Part shown: piece by piece, positions 26,188 to 35,332 of the stretch | How the letters are laid out: each line of letters starts with the position of its first letter | Numbering within the stretch: position 1 is the stretch's first letter | IMG/VR virus record: IMGVR_UViG_2703719286_000002 | Location: 3,723-67,722 of that record | DNA from: a virus | Lineage: Duplodnaviria; Caudoviricetes | DNA length: 64,000 nucleotides | Direction: 5' to 3' (one strand) | Position numbers and translations under genes: made by a program | Notes under the pieces: generated by a model | What the model was told of the DNA's origin: nothing | Databases searched by the model: none | What the model saw: the letters and a program-made list of their open reading frames with translations, nothing else

Positions 26188-26889
26188 CTAGAGGCGCCTG
26201 AAGGCCACCGCGTAGGTGCAGGTGCCGCCCGTCACCTTCGTTCTGATGTACTGCCTGACCGTCCCCGAAGCCTCGCCCCCCTCGGCGAAGGGTGCTGAGT
26301 CCGCCTCGCCGAAGGCTACGAGATCGTTGTAGGCGGCCTCTGCGACGGCCGTGCCGTGCTGCAGCGCCACCGTGGGCGAGCCCGCGGCGATGGCGAATAT
26401 CTGGACGTAGGCCCTCACGCCGGCGTTGCTCGGCGTCTCGCTGAGGACGCTGGCCGACTTGGTCCCGCTGCCCTCCGCCTTCTGGCGCGCCATCCTGATC
26501 GGGTCGGCGCCGGGATCGCTGAACTGATAGGCCGCGCCGATGGTGACGGCGCCGCCTATCGCGGAGCTCACGCCGTACTCGTTCACCAGCTCCGCCGAGC
26601 CGGCGTAGCCGTAGGCGCCGATGCCCGTCCCGAAGGCCGCCATGAAGTCGACCGCCGAGCCCTTGCGGGCCGACAGCACGGCGCGCGCGCCGTCGGCGTC
26701 GTCGGTGAAGAAGGCCTGGTGCCTGCAGACGCTCTCGTCTAGGCCTGAGACGTAGTTCTTCTTCGACTGCCCGAAGCTGCTGACCTCGGCCATGTCGACG
26801 CTGGAGCTCGGCTCCAGCGAGGACGAGTCGCCGGTCAGGTCGTAGCCGTCGATGTGGACGACCGTGTCTTTGCCGTGTACTTTGCCCAT
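26188..26889 (-). CDS. Tail tube paralog with C-terminal extension
   Basis: Shares MGK(V/I)HGKD and SSVDMAEVSxFGxSKKNYxSGL with 25694-26131. Confidence 0.7.
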   Translation of the reverse strand: MGKVHGKDTVVHIDGYDLTGDSSSLEPSSSVDMAEVSSFGQSKKNYVSGLDESVCRHQAFFTDDADGARAVLSARKGSAVDFMAAFGTGIGAYGYAGSAELVNEYGVSSAIGGAVTIGAAYQFSDPGADPIRMARQKAEGSGTKSASVLSETPSNAGVRAYVQIFAIAAGSPTVALQHGTAVAEAAYNDLVAFGEADSAPFAEGGEASGTVRQYIRTKVTGGTCTYAVAFRRL

Positions 26890-26901
26890 AGCACCTCCCC
26901 T

Positions 26902-27345
26902 CTATTCCTGCTCCTCTACCTCCACGTCCTCGGCGATCACGACGTCCATGCTCTCGGCGTGGAACACCACGTTGCCTATCTCGATCCCCTCCGGCTCCTC
27001 AGCGCCCGTCTCTATGAGGGTGTCGAAGATGCCGGAGGTGCCGCCCAGTGTCGGGTACTGCGCGATGCGGTCTAGGATGGCCTGCCGGTCGTCCCGGAGC
27101 TGATTGTGGACCTGCACTTCGTCCTTGTAGCGGGCGAAGAGCCAGATCTTCACGCGCCAGGCGTAGCGGTGGCCGCCGCGGAACTCCATCCGCAGGTGCT
27201 CGAAGCCGTCGTAGGCCAGGATGATGGCGCGCTTCACGCCCCTGCTGAGCAGCCTGTAGTCGGCCAGCGTGACCCGTTCCTCCCAGTCCTCGCCGATGGC
27301 CTCGATCTGGGTCTTGAGCGCCGCCTCGCAGGTCTCGTAGCTCAC
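26902..27345 (-). CDS. Tail terminator/neck protein
   Basis: Position before tube genes; AILDRIAQYPTLGG motif. Confidence 0.6.
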   Translation of the reverse strand: MSYETCEAALKTQIEAIGEDWEERVTLADYRLLSRGVKRAIILAYDGFEHLRMEFRGGHRYAWRVKIWLFARYKDEVQVHNQLRDDRQAILDRIAQYPTLGGTSGIFDTLIETGAEEPEGIEIGNVVFHAESMDVVIAEDVEVEEQE

Positions 27346-27527
27346 TCGGTCCCCGCCTGCCGCCGCTCCACCTCATCGCGCAACAGGGTGACGCTCTCCG
27401 GCGCCGTGATGCCCACGCGCACCTTGCCGTGGTCGACCTCCAGGATCTTGAAGACGATCCTGACGGGCGGCGTCCCGCCGCAGAGCGCGATGATCTCCTG
27501 CTCCACCTTCCGTGTCAGTACCAGCAT
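27342..27527 (-). CDS. csrA: Carbon storage regulator CsrA/RsmA homolog
   Basis: 61 aa; MLVLTRK N-terminus and KVRVGITAPESVTLLRDEV C-terminus, with the RNA-contacting Arg6 and Arg44-equivalent residues. Confidence 0.9.
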   Translation of the reverse strand: MLVLTRKVEQEIIALCGGTPPVRIVFKILEVDHGKVRVGITAPESVTLLRDEVERRQAGTE

Positions 27528-27528
27528 G

Positions 27529-28086
27529 TCAGTTGTCCGTTCTGTAGGTGTCCACCTCGGCCCGGCCTTCGCCCAGGTCCTGGCGGACGCCGAACCCGCG
27601 CGGGAAGCGCGGCGGCACGAGGTCCGTGTCGGCGGCGACCGTCCTCTTGCGGCTGCGGCTCCTGCCCGTCAGCACCAACCCTGTGCCGACGCGCTCCGTC
27701 CTCGCGCCGCCCAGGGCCTCGAAGGCGTCGGTCGCCATGAAGGCCGTGCCGTCCCGCCAGGCCGCCGAGAACTCCTTGAAGCGCTCGTTGGGCTCGCCGC
27801 CGCCGGCCACGGGCTGCGTCAGCTCGACCTTGCGGGTGGCGCCCACGGCGTTCAGGTCCTCCAGGTAGCCGACCACCTGCGTGTCGGTCTGCGCCGGGTT
27901 GTAGCCCTGCTCGGCGAGGATGGCCTGGAGCTGGTAGTAGGTCTGCGTCAGGAAGCGCTCGACCTGGGCGAGCGTCGGGTGGCTCGTCGTGTCGAAAATG
28001 CCGTCGCTGGTCAGGTGCCGGCAATAAGCCTCCACAGTCTGGATGCAGCTCGAGCCGGCCGTGAGCTCGTAGGCGTTGTAGGACAA
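27529..28086 (-). CDS. Head-tail adaptor/connector
   Basis: TTG start after GGAGG-rich leader; helical, QVERFL...LQAILAEQGY; neck position. Confidence 0.55.
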   Translation of the reverse strand: MSYNAYELTAGSSCIQTVEAYCRHLTSDGIFDTTSHPTLAQVERFLTQTYYQLQAILAEQGYNPAQTDTQVVGYLEDLNAVGATRKVELTQPVAGGGEPNERFKEFSAAWRDGTAFMATDAFEALGGARTERVGTGLVLTGRSRSRKRTVAADTDLVPPRFPRGFGVRQDLGEGRAEVDTYRTDN

Positions 28087-29303
28087 GCCTCCACCTCCCT
28101 CCTCAGTGTCTTCGGGGTGATGGTCTCGGCCAGCTCGTCCATGAATGGCCTCCAACGGTTCTCCACTAGGGTGTCCCAGTCGTATTGCATCGCGAAGTCG
28201 CGGGCCCGCTGCCGCCGGGCCGGGTCCCTCGCGCTGTCGTGTGCCCACTCCAGCAGGGTGGCGAGGGCATCGACGTCGGGTATCGCCTGCCAGGAACCGA
28301 GGGGGCTCATGTGCCGCGCCGCGACCGGGATGCGCCAGTTGGCGTCCTCGACGAGCTCGGCGCTGGCCGCGAAGTCGGTGGCGATGACGGGCGTTCCGCA
28401 GGCCTGCGCCTCCACCAGCGGGATCCCGAAGCCCTCGCCCATCGTCGGCAGCGCGAACACGTCGAAGGCGTTGTAGATCCTGATCATGGTCTCGCTGTCG
28501 AAACCCCGCTGCACCTTGTACGGGTCGGGGAAGCGCAGCCTCTCGGCCACCCCGGTTCTCCGGCCCCAGTCGAGGAGGTCCGGGCCGCCGTGCTGGCGGG
28601 TGGCCAGCGTGTGGACGTAGAGCTGGGCGTCGTCGTGGCGGTCGGAGAAGCCCTTGAACGCCTCGAAGAGCCACTGGAAGCCCTTGCGGTCGGGCCAGCC
28701 CTTGTTGGCGCCGACGCAGCCCACCAGGAAGCAGTCGCGGGGGAAGCCCAGCATCTCCTTGCAGTCGCCCCGCTCCTCGGGCAGAGGCCGGAATAGCTTG
28801 GTCTCCACGCCGTGCGGGATGTAGACGTTCTCGACGGCGTGGCGGTTCAGCTCAATGTGCGCGGAGCGGCTGTAGGTCAGCGGCATGTACGCCTGCCGGC
28901 AGCGGTCGAGGACCGGCGGCGGGACCGGCTCGTGGTCGATGGGCATCCAGGGCAGCCAGTAGTAGGAGCTGGCCCCGAACTTCTGGACGTCGAGCACCCA
29001 GAGGTCCATGAGGGTGATGAGGCAGTCGGCCCCGAAGTCGGCGGCGTGGTCGGTGATGGCGTCGTTCCCCCACACGTCGCCGAGCACGGGGTAGCAGGTC
29101 ACCTCGGCCTCGCCGCTGAACTCGTTGCCGATGCGCTGGCGCGTCATGGCGCCCTGCACGCCGTAGTAGGCGAACACGGCGATGTCGTCGACGCTGTCCA
29201 GGCGCAGGAGCCGGGGGAGCAGGCTGTTGCTCTGGATCCCGTACCCGGTGAGGCACCAGGGCGCGTTGGCCATGTAGAGTATGCGAAGTCCTTTGTTCGT
29301 CAT
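28011..29303 (-). CDS. Glycosyltransferase, GT-B/GT4-like
   Basis: LRILYMANAPW..TGYG N-terminus; FDVFALPTMGEGFGIPLVEAQACGTPVIAT nucleotide-sugar motif. Confidence 0.92.
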   Translation of the reverse strand: MTNKGLRILYMANAPWCLTGYGIQSNSLLPRLLRLDSVDDIAVFAYYGVQGAMTRQRIGNEFSGEAEVTCYPVLGDVWGNDAITDHAADFGADCLITLMDLWVLDVQKFGASSYYWLPWMPIDHEPVPPPVLDRCRQAYMPLTYSRSAHIELNRHAVENVYIPHGVETKLFRPLPEERGDCKEMLGFPRDCFLVGCVGANKGWPDRKGFQWLFEAFKGFSDRHDDAQLYVHTLATRQHGGPDLLDWGRRTGVAERLRFPDPYKVQRGFDSETMIRIYNAFDVFALPTMGEGFGIPLVEAQACGTPVIATDFAASAELVEDANWRIPVAARHMSPLGSWQAIPDVDALATLLEWAHDSARDPARRQRARDFAMQYDWDTLVENRWRPFMDELAETITPKTLRREVEACPTTPTSSRPARAASRLWRLIAGT

Positions 29304-29373
29304 CCTGCTCTCGCTCCTTCTGGCTCCAAGATTTCCCGCCGCCGGCCCGCCATCGGCATGACTATCTGTAGCA

Positions 29374-29619
29374 TCAGGACTCCTTTCCCTTCTCTCGCCA
29401 CTCACGCCATGCGGCAGCGTTCCTTACTCGTTCAGCGTGCCTGTCTATGGGCTCGGGAGAGGGTGGCTCTACAGGCCGGTGTCCCCACTTCAGCCGGTGC
29501 AGCCACCGCACACCGATGATTTCCCAACAGAGGTCGCAGGGTTGGCCACCCGAACTGAGCTTCCCATAGTCCGGCGGCAGCACTGGTGGGTCAGCCGGCG
29601 CTGTCAGCACTCTTCTCAT
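29374..29619 (-). CDS. Small hypothetical protein (CxxC)
   Basis: ORF within the cluster; PCDLCW. Confidence 0.45.
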   Translation of the reverse strand: MRRVLTAPADPPVLPPDYGKLSSGGQPCDLCWEIIGVRWLHRLKWGHRPVEPPSPEPIDRHAERVRNAAAWREWREKGKES

Positions 29620-29638
29620 ATCAGGACCCCTTTCCCTT

Positions 29639-29854
29639 TCAAGCCTTCTTCACCTCGAAGGTGTAGTGCTGGAGCACGGTGGCCAGGGGCTCGGCCTGGT
29701 CATCGCGTACCCACCGCTCTACCGTAACCCTCGGCAGCGCCCCCGCTCGGAACTTGAAGGTTAGCGTTCTCACATCCTCCGGGCGTAGCCCTAGTGCCTC
29801 GCAGATCTTTGTCTCCAGTTCACTGAGAGCGTTCATGCTTAATCGGGCTACCAT
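29639..29854 (-). CDS. Small hypothetical protein
   Basis: ORF within the cluster; GGAG RBS. Confidence 0.5.
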   Translation of the reverse strand: MVARLSMNALSELETKICEALGLRPEDVRTLTFKFRAGALPRVTVERWVRDDQAEPLATVLQHYTFEVKKA

Positions 29855-29913
29855 TCAGGACTCCTTTCCGGCGCCTGCCAGCACCGCTTCCAGCGTCACC
29901 TCGGCCCGTCCCT

Positions 29914-30870
29914 TCACACCACGACTCCTTTCTTCGCCACCACCTCCTGCAGCAGCGCGAGGAACCGCTTAGCGACCACCGACCAGCCCATCTCGGCCAG
30001 TGGCTGTGACCACGTGTCCAGGCCGCCCCTGTGTGCCTGCCGAAGGGTCTCAGCCAGCCGGGCATGGTCACGAGTGTCGCAGGTGTAGGCGTGCTCTCTC
30101 ACGTCCCTGAAGTGCCAGAGGTCAGGCACAACCACGGGCCGGTGGGCAGCGATGCCCAGGCGGACTCCGCCACTCACACCCGCAGCCCAATACCAAGAGG
30201 TGTGACCGAAGGCATAGACAGATGCGGACTCGGCCACGAGTCTCACCACTGCTTCATCCGAGAACCAATCATATATGATAGTGAGGCGCTCTGGAGGGAG
30301 AATCTGCTGGCAGGCGGCAGCAATATCTCGAGCGTCACCGTGCCGTGTCTCCGGCATGATGAAGCAGGCTTTGGCCTGGGGGATCAGTGCTACAGCACGA
30401 CAGATGTCTACGTGGCCCTTCCAGGCGTGAGGGATGCCTGCCGTGCCCACCACCAGCTCCTCCGGCCCTTCCGGCAGATCCTTGACCTCCAAGATGCCGT
30501 GGGGTATGTAGCGGAAGTTGGGGGCCTCGTGGACTACCTCTTTGTGATGTACTACCACGGCATCGAAAGCGTCTGTGAAGGCCGAACGGTTACTCCCGAT
30601 AGCCGTCTCTTGCCGGAGCAACACCTTCTTGACGGAGAAGTTGGGGAAGGCGTTCAGCCATTCCGGGTCCATGGTCATCGCTGCGGCGTAGTTAAAGACG
30701 GCCACATCCATATCCAGCTCCTCAAACCCCGAAGGGGAGTTCGAGGCAGCTACGAGCTGGACCTTCACTGGATAGCGGGAGAGCGCCTTGGCGAGATTGG
30801 ACGCATAGCCAGCGTTGCCGCAGCGCTCGTCCCAAGACGTGACTATCGCGACCTTCAGCAACTCTGGCAT
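29914..30870 (-). CDS. Glycosyltransferase, GT-B-like
   Basis: KVAIVTSWDERCGNAGYASNL; VVGTAGIPHAWKG; SGGVRLGIAAHRPVVV. Confidence 0.75.
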   Translation of the reverse strand: MPELLKVAIVTSWDERCGNAGYASNLAKALSRYPVKVQLVAASNSPSGFEELDMDVAVFNYAAAMTMDPEWLNAFPNFSVKKVLLRQETAIGSNRSAFTDAFDAVVVHHKEVVHEAPNFRYIPHGILEVKDLPEGPEELVVGTAGIPHAWKGHVDICRAVALIPQAKACFIMPETRHGDARDIAAACQQILPPERLTIIYDWFSDEAVVRLVAESASVYAFGHTSWYWAAGVSGGVRLGIAAHRPVVVPDLWHFRDVREHAYTCDTRDHARLAETLRQAHRGGLDTWSQPLAEMGWSVVAKRFLALLQEVVAKKGVVV

Positions 30871-31571
30871 ATCAGCATCGCTCCGTTGTAGACACTGTCG
30901 CGGTCGCCGAAGCAGCGGATGTGCTCACCTGCATAGCTGTAGTCGTAGGGCTCCACTGGCCTGAGCCCACAATCAGCCAACCAGCTTATGAGCTCCTCCA
31001 TGCTGGCCTGGGTGTAGAAGCGGGCCTGATGGCGCGTGGGGGGGCGCTCCTCGTTCACAAAGTCGAAGCTCAAGATGAGATAGCCCTTCGGCCTCAGCAC
31101 CCGCACCATCTGCACCAGCGCCGGCCGGTCGTCTGGGAGGTGCTCGAGCGTTGAGATGGACATCACGCAGTCGAAACTCTGGTCATGGTAAGGCAGGTCC
31201 TCAGCACGGCCATATCGCCAAGAGACACCTGTGAAACCCACAGAGCGCAAATAGGCCACCTTGGCTGCACCCTCGGAATTGACATCTAGGACTGTGACCC
31301 GGTGCCCAAGACAAGAGACGGCAGCGGGCAGCGTTGAACCGGCACCGCCCACATCCAGGATCTCACAAGGCGAAGCCAGCCGGTCGTGGCAGAAGTTCAG
31401 CACCCGACCGTACTCCCAGAAACGGTTGCCATCCACAGGAATCAGTTCGGGCTCGCCCAGCAGCAGTGCCGTCTCCTCCCAAAGATAGCGCATCTCCTTC
31501 GGATCATAGGGCTTGTTCCACATGGGAACCGGCAGCTCTAGCCCTTCAGGTTTGGCCAGCAGCTCTTTCAC
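30855..31571 (-). CDS. Class I SAM-dependent methyltransferase
   Basis: ILDVGGAGS motif I; EDLPYHDQSFDCVMSISTLEH; RVLRPKG. Confidence 0.9.
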   Translation of the reverse strand: MKELLAKPEGLELPVPMWNKPYDPKEMRYLWEETALLLGEPELIPVDGNRFWEYGRVLNFCHDRLASPCEILDVGGAGSTLPAAVSCLGHRVTVLDVNSEGAAKVAYLRSVGFTGVSWRYGRAEDLPYHDQSFDCVMSISTLEHLPDDRPALVQMVRVLRPKGYLILSFDFVNEERPPTRHQARFYTQASMEELISWLADCGLRPVEPYDYSYAGEHIRCFGDRDSVYNGAMLICQSC

Positions 31572-32938
31572 GGTGCGACTCCTTCCGCTACTTGATCACA
31601 CTCCATTTCTGACCTGCGATCCCGCGAGCCGAACATCTCGGCGAACTCGGCCAGCATCCAGCGACGAGCCTTCACCAGCTCTTCCCTCGGCATCTCTGGG
31701 TACTCAGCGATGAAGCCCTCTTCTGTCTCCTCTAGGCCGATGAGCCAGTATTTGTCCCAGTCCTGGGAGCGGATGGTGACGCCAAACCGCTCCGGGTTGT
31801 GCCAGACCGCGCAGCCGGGATAAGGGACAAAGGTGCTGAGAGTCACCTGATGAGGCCTGGTCTGGCTCAGGAAGCCCACGGTCTCCCGCACGGTCTCCCA
31901 GGTCTCGCCCGGGAACCCTACGATGATGTAGGCTCTCGGATTCAGGCCGGCCTCCTTGGCCCAGGCTATAGCCTTGGCGTGATTCTCAACAGTGTTGCGC
32001 TTGTTCATCTTGTCGAGCATCGTCTGGGAGCCGGTCTCGATGCCCAAACCGATCTCCACGCAGCCACAGTCAGCCATCATCTCGAACTCATCAAGGCTGA
32101 CATGGTCGGTGCGGGTATGGGCTCGCCACGTCAGGCCCCGATCCTTGAAGCCTCGGCAGAGTTCTGCAAAGCGGTCTTTGCGAAGGTTGCAGGTGTCGTC
32201 TTGGACGCGTAGATGAGTGATACCATACTGGGCCCGCAGGTGGTCGGCCTCCGCCAAGCAGTCCTCCACAGCTCGGAATCGCACCACCCGGCGCCACATG
32301 TCGAGGTCGCAGAAGTTGCAGTCAAAAGGGCAGCCCCGGCTCGTGAAGAAGCTGCAGCCGGGCCCTGCTCGATGCCCCTGGCTGGCCACGACCGATACAT
32401 CACCCAGCTCCGGCCAGAGGTCGTAAGCGGGCCAAGGGATGGTGCCTATATCGAGCAACGGACGAGGGGGGCTGCGCCGTACCCGGCCATCAAGACGCAA
32501 CGCTAGGCCCCGGATGTCCGCCAGGTCGCGGAGCTCTTGGTGAACACGCCAGCGATTCACAACAGCCGCCGCCGTTTCCTCACCTTCGCCCATCACTGCG
32601 ACATCGAAAGGTGATTCGGAAGTGAGGCACTGCTCAGGCATACTGGTCGGATGCGGGCCGCCAACGACCTTCAGCCCGGCATCCACCCTACGAGCCAAAC
32701 GCTCAGCCTCGGCATAGGTGCCGGAGTTAGCCGTCACCATCAGGACGTCGGCTGCTCCTGGGTCTCCTCTGTGATAGTTGCAGTCCCAAAACTCAGGCTC
32801 AATCCCGGCCCATTCCCGGAGCGCGGACGCGATGTGTAGGATGCCCTGCATCGGCATCATCCGAGGCACCCAAAGGTAGGGCGTGTAGGGATTGACCAAG
32901 AGAACCCTCACGACAGGGCGCCCTCCGCCAACTGCCAC
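31568..32938 (-). CDS. B12-binding radical SAM enzyme (class B-like)
   Basis: VVGGPHPT..P and VMGEGE cobalamin-domain motifs; SRGCPFDCNFC CxxxCxxC; GIETGSQTML. Confidence 0.92.
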   Translation of the reverse strand: MAVGGGRPVVRVLLVNPYTPYLWVPRMMPMQGILHIASALREWAGIEPEFWDCNYHRGDPGAADVLMVTANSGTYAEAERLARRVDAGLKVVGGPHPTSMPEQCLTSESPFDVAVMGEGEETAAAVVNRWRVHQELRDLADIRGLALRLDGRVRRSPPRPLLDIGTIPWPAYDLWPELGDVSVVASQGHRAGPGCSFFTSRGCPFDCNFCDLDMWRRVVRFRAVEDCLAEADHLRAQYGITHLRVQDDTCNLRKDRFAELCRGFKDRGLTWRAHTRTDHVSLDEFEMMADCGCVEIGLGIETGSQTMLDKMNKRNTVENHAKAIAWAKEAGLNPRAYIIVGFPGETWETVRETVGFLSQTRPHQVTLSTFVPYPGCAVWHNPERFGVTIRSQDWDKYWLIGLEETEEGFIAEYPEMPREELVKARRWMLAEFAEMFGSRDRRSEMECDQVAEGVAP

Positions 32939-33741
32939 AGGCGATCACCGGCCTGGCAGCAGTCCTCGGCCAGCGCCTCCAACGGCTTGTCGAAGCTGAA
33001 GCAACCGAGACGGCCAGAGTAGACGATCTCCAGACCAGCCAGATAGGCTTCGAGGATCGACAATGTGAAGCCCTCCGGCTTCCTGGGGAAGTGCAAGAAG
33101 CATTTGTGGTCGTAGAGTATCAGTGACCGCTTGTCTGACTGGAACATCCCCTGGAACGTCACCCACTCGCTGTTCTGAACCGCCTGGCCGATGCCGAAGA
33201 GGTTGAGGTGCCGCTCGTTCTGTGTCGCCCACCGCATGGCGATGTCGGGCCCCTTGAAGGGGTGAATCTCCCCCCACCACAGGCAGTCGTGGGGCCGCAC
33301 ATCGAGAGGGGGTGGGGTTACTTCAAGCAGCCCCCTATAGTCCATTGGGCAGGGAACGATCTCGACCTGTCCTTTGGGTTCCAGCGGCCACAGCCGCAGA
33401 AAGTGGTCCCTGTGAAAAGGGGAGCTCCAGCAGACCAGCCGTGCATCCTCCAAGAGCAGCTTGCGCCAGTGGTCCTGCAGCGGGTGCTCGTCCGCCCACC
33501 AGCCAAAGACGTAGACAGCGAAAGGCCTGCTGGTTATGAGCGTCAGTTCCTCCTGGGAGTAGCGCAGGAAGTTGCCTATGAGATACGCGTCGCACGCCGT
33601 CTCTTCAACCTGCCCTGGCGGACAGTAGACGACCTCGCTGGTGGCTGTGGAAGAACGATGCAGTATCTCTTCAGCAACCTCCTGCGCCCCTCCGGGCCGT
33701 TCAGAGAGCCTGAAGTCCTGAATGAAACCTATCCTTGGCAT
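32908..33741 (-). CDS. Glycosyltransferase-like protein
   Basis: PGGAQ N-terminal loop; WWGEIHPFKG; HFPRKPEGFTLSILEAYLAG. Confidence 0.7.
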   Translation of the reverse strand: MPRIGFIQDFRLSERPGGAQEVAEEILHRSSTATSEVVYCPPGQVEETACDAYLIGNFLRYSQEELTLITSRPFAVYVFGWWADEHPLQDHWRKLLLEDARLVCWSSPFHRDHFLRLWPLEPKGQVEIVPCPMDYRGLLEVTPPPLDVRPHDCLWWGEIHPFKGPDIAMRWATQNERHLNLFGIGQAVQNSEWVTFQGMFQSDKRSLILYDHKCFLHFPRKPEGFTLSILEAYLAGLEIVYSGRLGCFSFDKPLEALAEDCCQAGDRLWQLAEGALS

Positions 33742-34000
33742 TGCTGGGCCTCCGTGTTCTGGGCAGGCAGCTCGTCCCGCCACCCGCATGTGGTCAGCTC
33801 CTCACGGCACCCGTACTCGGGTCACGGTCGAGGAACACCACTGGCCGCCCGGCGCTGTCGACGAACATGATCCACGACAGATCGTCGGGTTCAACCCAGC
33901 CCTGCCAGTGCTTTCGCAGGGCTGGGTCCTGATACCGGCCTACTCGGATGTTTCACACGACTGCCTACCTCCTTCCTGCCTAAGATTCTTGCGCCCAGAC

Positions 34001-34345
34001 TCAGTACACGTACCGCCCGGTGAAGAAGCCGGCCACCGTTCCGGCGCCGGCGTTCGTCTTCAGCCCGAGCTTGTTGCCCGCCGTGAGCTGCTTCCCGGCG
34101 CCGAAGCTGACCGGGGCGGCCGGCTGCTCGTCCGCGCCGATGGCGAAGGTTCCGATCGTCCCGGAGGCCGCCGCCGTGCCGTCGGTCAGATGGACCAGCA
34201 GGCCGTTGGTCACGGTCTCCGTCTGCGCCAGGGTCGCGCTGTAGAGCAGCAGCGCCCGGCCGGAGCCGGGATCCCACGCCTCCGCCGGCGTCGTGGTCAG
34301 CGCCGTCGTGCCGAGGGGCTGCGTGTGCGTCGGCCTGTAAGCCAT
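34001..34345 (-). CDS. Beta-rich putative capsid decoration protein
   Basis: Gly/Ala/Thr-rich jelly-roll-like sequence downstream of the MCP. Confidence 0.45.
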   Translation of the reverse strand: MAYRPTHTQPLGTTALTTTPAEAWDPGSGRALLLYSATLAQTETVTNGLLVHLTDGTAAASGTIGTFAIGADEQPAAPVSFGAGKQLTAGNKLGLKTNAGAGTVAGFFTGRYVY

Positions 34346-34357
34346 GCCTGCCGCCCC

Positions 34358-34762
34358 CTACGACGCTGCCGTCACGGTCGGCGTCCCGCCATTGACGACC
34401 GACAGAACGAAGGCCGAGCCATTGCAGACCCAGCCCAACTGGATCGTGGCGCCGCTGAAGCCCACGCGGACCTCGCCGGCGTTGGCCGTCGCCAGGTTGG
34501 ACGTACCCAGCGCCGTCCCGAAGCTCGCGCCGGGCGCCGGTAGCCGCAGCTTCGTGGCCGCGGCATCGAACGTATCGCCCGTCGCCGGCCCGACGCGGTT
34601 GGCGCCGGTGCGGACCAGGGCAGCGTCGGCTCCCAACGTCATGGTGCCCGCCGTGGCGGTCACGTTGCCGGTAGCCACCACGGCACCGCCGATGGTCGCG
34701 GCACCGCCGATGGTCAGCGGCCCCTTGATGTAGAATCCTCGCCTTACTTTCTCAAGTCCCAT
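34358..34762 (-). CDS. Putative head fibre/decoration protein
   Basis: GPLTIGGAATIGGAVVATGNVTAT beta-repeat-like stretch. Confidence 0.45.
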   Translation of the reverse strand: MGLEKVRRGFYIKGPLTIGGAATIGGAVVATGNVTATAGTMTLGADAALVRTGANRVGPATGDTFDAAATKLRLPAPGASFGTALGTSNLATANAGEVRVGFSGATIQLGWVCNGSAFVLSVVNGGTPTVTAAS

Positions 34763-34807
34763 GTCATCCTCCTCGCCTCATCACCTCCTTGTTAGGCTAA
34801 GCCAGCG

Positions 34808-35278
34808 CTACTTCGCTGAGCGCTGGACGGTCTTCACCCCTTCCGTGGTCATCTCCAACCGCGTGGGGTGAGGGTCTGTGTTGGTGGAGGCGCCCTCCGG
34901 GTCGATGTCGGGGGCCTCCTCACCCTTGTCGATCTGTTCGGGCGTCGGCTGAGCCGCCTTCTTCCTTGACCGCTTCACCTGCGGCCTGTCGGTCTCAGCC
35001 GCCCCCTCGTCCGCGTGCTTCCGCTGTAGGTGCTGCTGCGGGTAAGGCGAGGTCACATCGTTCCCGATGAACTGCTCGCCGCAGTGCGGGCAGCGCCACA
35101 GCGGCGTCCCCTTTTCCACCGGCTGGCAGTAGACGCGCTGGAGCGCGTTCTGGCCGAGGAGCTTCGCGTCATTCCTGAGGCCGCGCAGCTCAAAGACCTG
35201 CCCGCGCTCCAGCGTCTTGCCGCCATACTCCCTGAGGTTCGGGTCCACGGCGTAGACGTTCTTGCCCATCCTTGTCAC
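34808..35278 (-). CDS. Hypothetical protein with C2H2 zinc finger
   Basis: CPHCGEQF...QHLQRKH; first gene after the MCP. Confidence 0.55.
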   Translation of the reverse strand: MTRMGKNVYAVDPNLREYGGKTLERGQVFELRGLRNDAKLLGQNALQRVYCQPVEKGTPLWRCPHCGEQFIGNDVTSPYPQQHLQRKHADEGAAETDRPQVKRSRKKAAQPTPEQIDKGEEAPDIDPEGASTNTDPHPTRLEMTTEGVKTVQRSAK

Positions 35279-35280
35279 AC

Positions 35281-35305
35281 GGCTCCTGTCCCTCCGTCCA
35301 TGGCT
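35281..35305 (-). repeat. 25-bp GGA-rich leader, copy 2
   Basis: Exact match to 26138-26162. Confidence 0.9.
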
Positions 35306-35332
35306 TCGCTCTCCCTCCTTGGAGATGCGTCC

